DNA of 64,000 bases from Tubulanus polymorphus (Eukaryota > Animalia > Nemertea). The notes under the pieces are model-generated. The model was not told the DNA's origin. It ran no database searches and was given only the letters and a program-made list of their open reading frames with translations. Positions 50,801 through 61,500 of this stretch are shown piece after piece (positions within the stretch are counted from its first letter, which is position 1; each line of letters opens with the position of its first letter). The stretch spans positions 27,242,560 to 27,306,559 of the forward strand of contig NC_134027.1 in NCBI RefSeq assembly GCF_964204645.1, in the 5' to 3' direction. A program made the position numbers and the translations under genes.

Positions 50801-51817
50801 TTTTCTGTAGTATCGGCAGGAAGTAATAGTTACCTGATTGGTATTGGTTATATCAGGTGTGACGTCAGTACGTTCTACATCTTCTTTGCGTGCAGCAAGT
50901 ATAGTCTCTTCAGAAACATTGTGGTCTCTATTAATGTTTTCAAATTCAGACCTGTCGTCAGAAACTGTAAATGATTCCATTACAATACTGTCACTGACAG
51001 GTGTTTGTTGATCGTCACTGAGTGACAGTTCTATGTTATCCACGTTCTCAATCCCAATCGATGAAGCATTGTCTTTTTCTGTAGTGATATCATGAAGTAG
51101 GTTATGAGTAGGATCAGAAAGGTATTCTCCAAGTTCCTCTTTAACCTCCGCTCCACCTCCCTCTTCAACCTCCGCTCCAAGTTCCTCTTCGACCTCCGCT
51201 CCAACTCCCTCTTCAACCTCCGCTCCAACTTCCTCTTCAACCTCCGCTCCAACTTCCTCTTCAACCTCCGCTCCAACTCCCTCTTCAACCTCCGCTCCAA
51301 CTCCCTCTTCAACCTCCGCTCCAACTTCCTCTTCAACCTCCGCTCCAACTTCCTCTTCAACCTGTTCGATATCGTTGGTCTTAGAATTAGTATCATCCTC
51401 ATCAGACTCTTCTTTCACTAATTCTACATCTCTTTCATTCTCATTACCCTCAGTTAAAATAACTTCAATTTCATTTTCATCATTCCCATCAGCTGGATCT
51501 GTTGGATGTGAATTATCCCCTGGATCCTCGTCTATTTGTTCGTCGATAGTAACAGCAAAATGCTCAGCAAAATGAACCCGTTTTGTGATCACTTCCGCCG
51601 ACATGTCATCCACTTCCGCCGGCGAATCTTCCACTTCCGCCAGCGAGTTATCCACTCCCACAGATAATTCATCCACTTCCTCTGATTCTGATATTTCGGC
51701 TGAGTTCACATTTTCCGAACTGACCACATTGACCGGCGATTCACGGGTGAGGACTCGTTCAGATTCTGCGGAAGCTGCCGCGGCTGCGCACTTAGGACAT
51801 TCATGATTAGTCGCCAT
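47755..51817 (-). CDS. ANKRD60-like protein: long acidic repeat N-terminus, ubiquitin-like domain, ankyrin repeats, basic/coiled C-terminus; exons 50834-51817, 49400-50738, 47755-49310 (about 1290 aa)
   Basis: Three ORFs are joined in phase by short GT-AG introns. The Ubl segment is FIIFIVLPTRDVVSLRNVHSGITIDDIKGYLELLAGIPSNIYTL. The ankyrin segment is KRLFTALFISCFLGHRSSCELLIQAGCDIDGATNHGHSIIHVVAAQNHLPLLKYLISKGA...KTPVQNA. The layout matches the ANKRD60/ANKUB1 type as I recall it. Confidence 0.75.
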
Positions 51818-52088
51818 TATTCTGAAATAAATAGTTTTGTTTTTATTATTTGTGTGAAATATTACACAAACTAATATCGCTACTGAGTAAAGTGTAGTTT
51901 ATTACATTGAATGTTTTATTTGAATATGCTTTGTTTTTTTTAACGGATAATGCAGTTTTCTATCAGTAGTACAAGAGCCATTCGGTGAGTCATCTAATCG
52001 ATCAATGTCATTTCATATAGTTTACTTTACTTTATTTCTGAACAAATCGTATTTAGAAATTTAATTATTCTACGTGTAAAGACTCATT

Positions 52089-52131
52089 CACCTGATGAAG
52101 CTTCGAGATTCATTAGTAGCGAAAGCTCGTG
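52089..52131 (+). ncRNA. Minimal type I hammerhead ribozyme motif with intact catalytic core
   Basis: Stem I CAC/GTG (extendable by GAC/GTC at 52081-52083 and 52133-52135), CTGATGA at 52092-52098, an extra A, stem II GCT/AGC, GAAA at 52121-52124, palindromic AGCT in place of stem III and cleavage triplet CTC ending at 52128. Confidence 0.7.
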
Positions 52132-53929
52132 CGTCAAGTAAATAGTTAACCTATATAGTACTACTCGTCTTGTTATTTATTCTAAACCCGGTTAACGCCC
52201 GGCTACTCTACGAATCTTCTCGATTATTCTACCCACGTATACATATCGTATAACAAAGAATTGAGATATATGATTTAACAATATAACGGAGAACGGATAA
52301 GAATGTGGATAATTCTGATCTGACTTCAAGGATGACTTCCAGGCCATAAAAGCTTAAACTCTGATGAGAATTGAAAGAAGGGGGGAAACAATATGATATA
52401 GTCTATGTCTAATTTCATGTACTTACAGAATAAACCTATATTTGTAATAGATAAATAAACTGTTAGTTTAAGTATAAGTGAATAAATAGTTAGTGATTCA
52501 CGCACCTCGTACTCCCGCGTGTTATTCATTCACACTAATCCTCGATATACATTTCCAATCTAAGTCGATCTGTTCCTAGTTATAAATCCTACTGAAACCG
52601 GATACTTATAAAATATTAAAATACATCCTATCATCAGTTTATTGTCCGTATTAACATCTCCATAGAGACCCTATATGTGGTATATACTGTAACCTGCTAT
52701 AAGGGTGTTGAGTAGTACTGGTGCTATAGTTTATAAACAGTCGTCGTATTTTCTGCTTGGATTCATTCTGTTTTGTTCTAAAAACAGGTGCCTTTCATTG
52801 AAATATTCGGTTCATATCGAGACAGGTTATAATCATACTGGTCGATTATACGTCAATCAAATCAAATCACATAATCTTTTTAACGGAAGGGAATTATATT
52901 TGCACACGTTATAGAAATGTATTCATTCGTCGCATACTCAACCGTTTTCTTGTAATACGAAAAAGATCTCTGAACGTAACCTCAATATTTAATTCTTAAT
53001 CGATGTATTTTTGAATGTTATAGGCATACACGTCATGTATTATTTGGTGTTTTATTCATATATCCGAAATTCGAAAGAACTTTCAACGGCAAAAAATGCA
53101 TTGGCTTCATTTCATGATTAAACCAAAAACCAATGGCAAGTAAATCGTATTAGTTTATTCGACAAATAAAAGAGGGAGTTGAATATAATTTATTCGTCTA
53201 GTTTTTCGAATTTTTAAAAAGCGAATTTTCTATAAATAACTCCATAGATATTTTTCTTTTTTACAGACTACTTTTGTGTGGTAGGTATAGTAGGTATTTA
53301 GGTTGATTTACAATTAAGTATTATAAATGACCTCTAGGCTTTCTATTATAGATCGCTCGAATGTCGTTTGGAATAGAAATTATTTTTTTCCTCAGATTGT
53401 AGATTGTGTTAGAACGTAAACAACTCTAAATCCGTAATTACTAAATGACTAAATGACTGTCGGTCTGTGATGATTGCTGCGTAGGTCTAACCGTTTATGC
53501 ATTGTGTTAACATCGAACTGGTTTAGAAAATTCAATCAGTTTACAATGAACTCGAAATTTAAGTCCTGTTGAAATAAATATATAGTCCCCGAGAGTATTG
53601 TTATTTGCAGTAGGCTTGTTATGTTAAATAAGGCAGAGACGGGTTTCGCGTAGTCCTCACTTGAACATACATTACCGTACTACTACAATACCAGTACCTA
53701 CAGTCGTACAGGGGCGTAACGAGTCATAACAAACTTCATAAAAAGCATTCTAAAAGGTGAGTGATTTCACTTTCATTTGTGCATTGTTTTATTGAGAATC
53801 TACAGTACTGCAATTCTTTACTTTACTAGAATTGAGATAAACCACAGAACATACACTCCGAGTCCATGTAACGATATCATATAATAACATTTCGCACTGA
53901 GAATGAAAACTAAAGAGTCATTGCTGTTC

Positions 53930-54192
53930 GAACTAGCAGTTAATTCAAAGTTTCGACTATATCCTAATATTCATCTTCAGCAATACTGATATTAGAATAA
54001 AATCTGCAATCGTAATCCAGAACAAATTGAAATATCTGTTTTTCGTAATCAGTCTCCTATTTCGGGATTGTATATCTCATACAGTATTCCTGAAGAGGGC
54101 TATTACCATATAGTCAAAATATCGAATGCATTACACGTACTTAAAGTTCATAGAAACTTTTCAAACTTTTTATTTCTATTGTGGGATTCTCA
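53930..54192. mobile_element. Third locus of the hammerhead-containing inverted repeat family, in the 5' intron of the MARVEL gene
   Basis: The minus-strand copy at about 53941-53985 reads TATTG-CTGAAGA-TGAATATTAGGATATAGTC-GAAA-CTTT-GAATT (GAAA retained). The plus-strand copy at about 54085-54127 is followed by the same tail (attgtgggattctc) as 33034-33047. Confidence 0.6.
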
Positions 54193-54317
54193 ACGTATGG
54201 TTGAAATTACATCATATTGTATATAAACTACGAAATTTATGACGGAAATCATTAATGTAAGACGCGTATAATGTTTGTTTATTCCTCAGAAGTATTTTCT
54301 GAATTTATACCGTCATA

Positions 54318-55751
54318 ATGGAAATGGAAGGAAACGAACCACGTGATACACAGGCGACCACTTACGATACTGAACCTCGAACAACTGATAAGCGATCAGG
54401 AGGAGGATCATTGATCGACGTACAGTATTTCATCAGTCCACCGTGTGGTATATTGAAATGTGTAGAAATAGTAAGTGTTTCAACGACCCTTAAACATCGT
54501 ACAACAACCCACGACGTGTTGGTATGTCGGGTTAGAAATCTTAAAATTCATCAGAGATATCATATCAAGCAAAGAATGACAACCGGGGACCATTTTGATC
54601 TAGGCCCTGAATAGTCGTGATTTCTTTTATGTCACCACGTGACCGAATCTCTGTTATTCTACTTCCGGAGATTATAACATTTCACTTACTAATCAATTCT
54701 AGATGATTCAATATGATGTGTTATAGTTTGAATATTGGAAGTCTGCGTCTTTAAGGTCAAATGTTATCATTTAACTTCACCATCCGCCGCCTTTCAGCGT
54801 CTTATTTTACAAAATTTTATTCTATTTCCATTTATATATAATTTCTTCTCATTGTAAATAAAATAGAATATATAACTAAACATACGCGGGTCACCGAACA
54901 CGTTTGATCGAGTTCCATTAGATGAATATCAATTTTTTAAAATAAATATTTCTACTCAGAAACCGATTACTCATATCAATAGTAATAGATACAGTAATAA
55001 AAAAATGTGTATGATTATATTTTTACAGATATTAGGAGTGATAGCGGCCGGTTGCGCATCAAGTGCTTGGTTTCCGGCTTTACATTTTTTCCTATTCGTA
55101 TCAGTAACGGCACTGTTGTGTACGTTGATACTGTTGTGTTTATACCTGTTCCGTGTGCCCGCGATGACATCAAACATACCCTGGAACCTTATTGTAAGTA
55201 AAACTGTGTTTATAACACGTAATAATGGATTAAACTGTTGTAATTCATGAAATCATGAAATCATGAGAGCAATTTTAAAACTATGTATTTCATTCACGAA
55301 GTTTCTAGCTTGACTCAATTTATCAGGAAAACCACGAGCAATTTTAAAACTATATTTTCTCGTAGTCATTGAGCTCCCATTATAGGGGATGTGTTTTACG
55401 GGTAGTTCACGTCTATAATTGGGTTAATTGAAGCTAATTGAAGTGTGTATTTATTTCTACAGGAATTCATCTATAATTGTGTAGTGACCGGATTTTATTT
55501 GATCGCGTCGATTGTTTTGATATCGATCGGTAATGCCGTGGCCAGATACATCGCAGCCTCGGTGAGAGTCAACTTTCGATAAAACATTTTCACTATAAGA
55601 TTCTCTGGAACTAAAAGATATAAATGTATTTATTAACTCATTTCAGGTGTTTGGATTTTTTAATACAATCGCGTATGGTATCGGGATATACTTCAGTTAT
55701 ATTAGTTGGAGGTCGACATCCACTACTCACTCCGTTACTGTTACTGCATAG
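54318..55751 (+). CDS. MARVEL-domain four-TM protein (CMTM/plasmolipin-like), 173 aa; exons 54318-54470, 55029-55193, 55463-55561, 55647-55751
   Basis: IDVQYFISPPCGILKCVEI|ILGVIAAGC...HFFLFVSVTALLCTLILLCLYLF...IPWNLI|EFIYNCVVTGFYLIASIV...YIAAS|VFGFFNTIAYGIGIYF. All three introns are phase-0 GT-AG. Confidence 0.88.
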
Positions 55752-55754
55752 TTA

Positions 55755-56060
55755 CCTCTCTTCCTTTTCTTCTCTCATTCATTCCTCTGCTCACTCTCCC
55801 CATCCATTCTCTCTCCCTCCTCTTCCATTCTCTCACTCTCCTTCCATTCCCTCGCTCTCCCCCTCGCTTCTCTCTTCTCTCTCTCCTCCCTCTCCTTCCT
55901 CTCCTCTCTCCCCTCTCCCTCCCGTTCCATTCTCTCACTCTCCCCTTCCATTCCCTCGCTCTCCCCCTCGCTTCTCTCTTCTCTCTCTCCTCCCTCTCCT
56001 TCCTCTCCTCTCTCCCCTCTCCCTCCCGTTCCATTCTCTCACTCTCCCCTTCCTCTCTTT
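55755..56060. repeat. CT-rich low-complexity tract with an internal duplication of about 100 bp, in the MARVEL gene 3' region
   Basis: Directly visible. It explains the Pro/Ser/Leu and Arg/Glu ORFs at 55624-56101. Confidence 0.9.
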
Positions 56061-57535
56061 CAGAGATTTTATATGAAACCATGTTTTGTTTGTCCACGTA
56101 AAGAGGTTACATTCGATGGCGTTACCACTTTTGCAGTGATTGCTTTACGGGCCTGTCTCCCTTTTCTCTCTCTCTCAGTTCCCTCTATCTCCTTCTTTCT
56201 TCTCTTTCTCATTCCCTGGACCTCCTCTCCCTTTTCCAGCTCTCCTTTCTCTCCATCGTCAGTGCTCATTCTATAACAGTTTTTTGTTTTATGAAAGATT
56301 GACTTTTTAGGATGGTTTTGTCTAACTATTCGCCATGATTTTAATGTAAACTAGTATCAATTTGTGTATGCAGTATAATAAACTGCAGTGTCACGTGTTT
56401 GTAACTATACGTCTATAGCATACGGTTCCAATATGCTTTAATAATCAAACTTTAATAGTTTTTTTTTAAACGTTATGTGATCTTACGCATCGCCATTTTA
56501 CCGCCCAAAAGGCAGCAAATATACCATTCATAACATCGAATATATTTTATTGATTTTATTGATAGATTTTGATTTCCACGCATGCATGTGTGCTCATCTG
56601 TAGCTGGTGTCTTTCTCACTGAGTCTAGATGTAATTATGTTATTTTATTCTTTCTTATGCTTTTTAGTACCAAATATATACTTACATTGTACTTACATAA
56701 ACCGGTCAATAAATTAGAATCAATAAATAAATATTTTTTTAATCTTTATTACCCTTCTTTGGGCCGATTCGATTTATTCTTCCGGACAAGTTTCCGGTTT
56801 ATTTTCACAATTAGTTCAGAGGTCATCTGAGAAAAAAACTACATGCATCGATGAAAATTAGATAACCTGTCGCAACCAGGATTCGAACCCAGAGATCCAG
56901 GATTAACCCCTGATTCCAATAGATGGCGAACTGATCGGATTTACAACTGACATTTTCAAAATATATACAACCGTTTCTTTTTCATAATAACGAAAGCGCT
57001 CCTTTTGGTTTTGAACAACTTCTGATGAATATTAAATAAAGTGATATAATTAAATCAGATAAGATTTTACAGATTTACAACAAAATTCGATATCAATCGA
57101 TTTATAAAAGATTCAAATGCTGAATACCTGACGAAGATGAATCCGACGCTTTGGATTTATTTTCAATAGGTTGAAAATATCCAGTTTTTAAAACTTGTTT
57201 GTAATAAACGTGTTTGAATGTCGTTCTATTTTTATCGAGTAGGAATATTCATACTACAGCGATACACTCATATATACATATGGTAGATACATGTTTTAAT
57301 TTATCATACAGCTATTGTATATATAACTAGGGCAAGCGAACATAGACACAGACAGACAGGCGATAGACTAGTGTTCTTGTGCTCTATCATACTGGAGATA
57401 TTCATGGTAAATATATATGAACAACTACATGAAAGTCCAAAAAAACAGTGACTAATTTTGTGACGACAAAATTCAACAGTCATGATTCTAGGCTCTGATT
57501 CGATTTCTGTTTTTCTTCATTTTGCAGTTGAAAAT

Positions 57536-60500
57536 ATGGGTTTTTGCGCGCGAATTGTTCTAGTTATTTCGGTAATTACTGCCGTTTTTTTCGGGTACAG
57601 ATTCTATCAACCTGTACCGGCTGCGCTCATCAACCCGAATGGTGCTAGAAGTGTCGCTTTTGGATTTAATACGGCTAACTTAGCGGTAATTTATCTATAG
57701 ATTTCAAAACACTTCGAATACAAAATCACTTATACTTCTTTAGTATGAATTCGTATAAACTTTCTATACATGTTTCATGAACTGATTAAAGTTTAATATG
57801 TCGCTCGTAGTCTTGATAAGTCGTGTAGACATTTGTTTTGAAATTAAGTCAATGTATGATATAAAGAGAAGCGAATTTTTGACTCTCAAATAAGTGAAAA
57901 ATAAATTGACACACGTATTTTAGAATTGAATGAATTTTATTCAGGCTGATGTCGCGTCAACTTTAGGTATTTCGTCCTGGTCGGCAACATTCAGAAATGT
58001 GTTTCATCTGATGATTCGAATTTCTGATACGTTATCCTCGAAACCTCCGCGAGACAAGAATGTTATAGTAAGTTCTGTGAGCCCCGGTGTGCGACCCGGT
58101 GAGTGTGCGACCCGGCGAGAGTGTGCCACCCGTGATGGTGTGCTATCTGTGATGGTGTGCTACCCGTGATGGTGTGCCACCCGTGATGGTGTGCCACCCG
58201 TGATGGTGTGCCACCCGTGATGGTGTGCCACCCGTGATGGTGTGCCACCCGTGATGGTGTGCTACCCGTGATGGTGTGCTATCTGTGATGGTGTGCTACC
58301 CGTGATGGTGTGCCGCCCGTGATGGTGTGCCACCCGTGATGGTGTGCCACCCGTGATGGTGTGCCACCCGTGATGGTGTGCTACCCGTGATGGTGTGCTA
58401 CCCGTGATGGTGTGCTACCCGTGATGGTGTGCTACCCGTGATGGTGTGCCACCCGTGATGGTGTGCCACCCGTGGTGGTGTGCTACCCGTGATGGTGTGC
58501 TATCCGTGATGGTGTGCCACCCGTGATGGTGTGCCACCCGTGGTGGTGTGCTACCCGTGATGATGTGCCACCCGTGATGGTGTGCCACCCGTGATGATGT
58601 GCCACCCGCTGTGGTGTGCTACCCGTGATGGTGTGCTACCCGTGATGGTGTGCCACCCGCGATGGTGTGCCACCCGCTGTGGTGTGCTACCCGTGATGGT
58701 GTGCTACCCGTGATGGTGTGCCACCCGTGGTGGTGTGCCACCCGCGATGGTGTGCCACCCGCTGTGGTGTGCTACCCGTGATGGTGTGCTACCCGTGATG
58801 GTGTGCTACCCGTGATGGTGTGCCACCCGCGATGGTGTGCCACCCGCTGTGGTGTGCTACCCGTGATGGTGTGCTACCCGTGATGGTGTGCTACCCGTGA
58901 TGGTGTGCCACCCGCGATGGTGTGCCACCCGCTGTGGTGTGCTACCCGTGATGGTGTGCTACCCGCGATGGTGTGCCACCCGCTGTGGTGTGCTACCCGT
59001 GATGGTGTGCCACCCGTGGTGTGCTGAATTGTTGATAATTCACGATTATACTATTTACAGGTTACTAATCGAGTATTTGATGGTGTCACAGTTCGCATGT
59101 ATGATCCACCAGGGGGCGATGCAAACAGACCAGTAGTGATTTATATCCATGGTGGAGGATGGGTTCTATTGACTCCAGGTGAATAGCTGTAACACTGAAC
59201 TACATTCTCTACTAGGCCGTCACGTTGGCCGTCACATTGGCCGTCGCATTGCCAAACATGAACAAAACATATATGCTAATTGTATTAACACGCTAATAAC
59301 CCGGTCGTGTCAATGATGGCAACGTCACGTGACTACAGCACACCTGTTGCAGAAATTCACTGGAAATGAAAGATTGAAAGTGACGTCATTTTAATGTGTT
59401 GTATCTATTTCTAGCTCATTATGACCCGCAGATGTTTCGATTAGTGAAAGAATTGGGTGCTTTAGTCGTGTCAATCGAGTAAGTGATAACGCATTGCCTC
59501 CCCTCCGCCTAAGTGGTTTCATGTTTTCTATTTGCTCCGATTCATTTCTCCAGTTATCGGCTGAAAAAGTTTCCAATACCGTTTGAAGATTGCCGACGCG
59601 CTGCGACATTTTTCTTGAGAAATATCCACAAGTTTAATGTGAATCCTGACAAAATTGCAATAGCTGGTGAGTTTCATAATCTAACTGTGACAATACTAGA
59701 AATAAACGAACCGATTCTATTTTGCAACAAATGTAACGGGGTAAGACTAGAGCGACTACCAAATTCAAAAATGTTAGGAAACGAACACAACTTAACCGGG
59801 AAGTCACTTCACCGTCAGGTGCTGCCGCTATGCTCATCGTTAGCGGTATTTCCATACACTAACATTAGCCAGCTCTGGCAATCAATGAGGATAACGAAGT
59901 ATGGCGGCAGCACCTTACGGTATAGCGAGGCAGCAAGTTGATTGCCGAAGCCGGTTCGTGTTAGTGTATCAAAATTCCGTTATCGATAAGCATAGCGGCA
60001 GCACCTTACGGTATAGCGAGACAGCAAGTTGATTGCCAGAGCCGGTTCGTGTTAGTGAATCAAAATTCCGTTATCGATAAGCATAGCGGCAGCACCTTAC
60101 GGTATGGTTAGGTAGCACATAAGTTGCTACATTCAGTTCATATTTCGGTGTCGTGATTAATCGTTTAAGTTTTAACACTCACTTTAACTCTTTATCCCTG
60201 AATTTCGTTCTGAAAGAGAATCTATTGATTGTATTTTACAGGTGATAGCGCCGGCGGAAACCTAGCAGCAGCTATAGCTCAGCATCTCGCGCAACTAAAC
60301 CTACCACACAAACCTAAATTACAAGCCCTCATATACCCGGCGCTACAGGCTTTCGATTTAGATAGTCCGTCTTATCAAGAAAATCTCGGAATTCTTTTGA
60401 CCAGGGATTCGATGATTAAGTTTTATTTGGCGCACGCTGGAGTCTCGATGAAACACGTGACCGCCGCCGGGTCGAACAGACACATCTCTACAGCGGTGAA

Positions 60501-60864
60501 AACATCCTCGAAATACGCGAAATACGTCAGTCGTTCATTACTACCAGCCAGATTCAATACGAATAAAATACCGTTCAAAGTCGAAGGCGAAGATAAAAAT
60601 GCCGTCGATGAACTGGAAAAAATAGTTTTAGACGCTCGATTTTCGCCGCTTTTGGCCGATAATCTAAAGGGTCTACCGAAAACATTGATGGTTACCTGCG
60701 AGTATGATCCTTTGAGGGATGATGGATTTATGTATGTTGCTAGGTTACAGGATGCTGGAGTGTCGGTTAAACACGTCCATTTAACCGATCTCATTCACGG
60801 AGGCATTTTCTATGATCCGCAGATATTTCAGCAAGTTATTGCATTCTTAAAACAGAATCTTTAA
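57536..60864 (+). CDS. Arylacetamide deacetylase / neutral cholesterol ester hydrolase-like esterase (HSL/GDXG family); exons 57536-57685, 57945-58067, 59061-59178, 59415-59478, 59554-59666, 60242-60864
   Basis: N-terminal signal anchor (RIVLVISVITAVFFGY), VIYIHGGGWV oxyanion motif, VVSIDYRL, GDSAGGNLAAA nucleophile, CEYDPLRDDG (Asp) and LIHGG (His). Junctions are in phase. Confidence 0.92.
58085..59025. repeat. 17-bp minisatellite (cccgtgatggtgtgcya), about 55 copies, forming nearly all of esterase intron 2
   Basis: Directly visible. Confidence 0.97.
59811..60103. repeat. Foldback element with an internal tandem duplication of about 90 bp
   Basis: accgtcaggtgctgccgctatgct...gctctggcaatcaa is the reverse complement of ttgattgccagagc...agcatagcggcagcaccttacggt, which is present twice. 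Confidence 0.75.
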
Positions 60865-60944
60865 CACAGCCTTAGTTATCAGCATTCAGTATTTACTACC
60901 ACAATATATGAAATACCCTTCAAATTATCTATCACACAGTTCTG

Positions 60945-61500
60945 AACCCAGTTCCACAGGATCCCATACGTAGTTCCACAGGACCGTAGATTTACAGTTC
61001 TGTATCCTGTTCCACATGACCCGGTACCACGGTTCTGTATCCTGTTCCACATGACCCACTACCACAGTTCTGTATCCTGTTCCACATGACCCAGTACCAC
61101 AGTTCTGTATCCTGTTCCACATGACCCAGTACCACAGTTCTGTATCCTGTTCCACATGACCCAGTACCACAGTTCTGTATCCTGTTCCACATGACCCACT
61201 ACCACAGTTCTGTATCCTGTTCCACATGACCCAGTACCACAGTTCTGTATCCTGTTCCACATGACCCAGTACCACAGTTCTGTATCCTGTTCCACATGAC
61301 CCACTACCACAGTTCTGTATCCTGTTCCACATGACCCAGTACCACAGTTCTGTATCCTGTTCCACATGACCCAGTACCACAGTTCTGTATCCTGTTCCAC
61401 ATGACCCACTACCACAGTTCTGTATCCTGTTCCACAGGACCGTAGATTTACAGTTCTGTATCCTGTTCCACATGACCCAGTACCACGGTTCTGGATCCAG
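60945..61500. repeat. 35-bp minisatellite (ttctgtatcctgttccacatgacccagtaccacag), about 14 copies, downstream of the esterase stop
   Basis: Directly visible. It explains the three overlapping repetitive minus-strand ORFs. Confidence 0.96.

Noticed and set aside
49672-51806. Several + strand and alternative-frame ORFs (Ser-rich 194 aa, LERRLKR repeats and others)
   Set aside because: They are shadows of the coding minisatellites in the minus-strand ANKRD60-like gene.
58085-61500. Regular short repeats (17-bp and 35-bp; also 15313-15720, 20914-21250, 26770-26931) as CRISPR arrays
   Set aside because: Units are head-to-tail with no unique spacers, there are no cas genes, and the context is spliceosomal genes. 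They are minisatellites.
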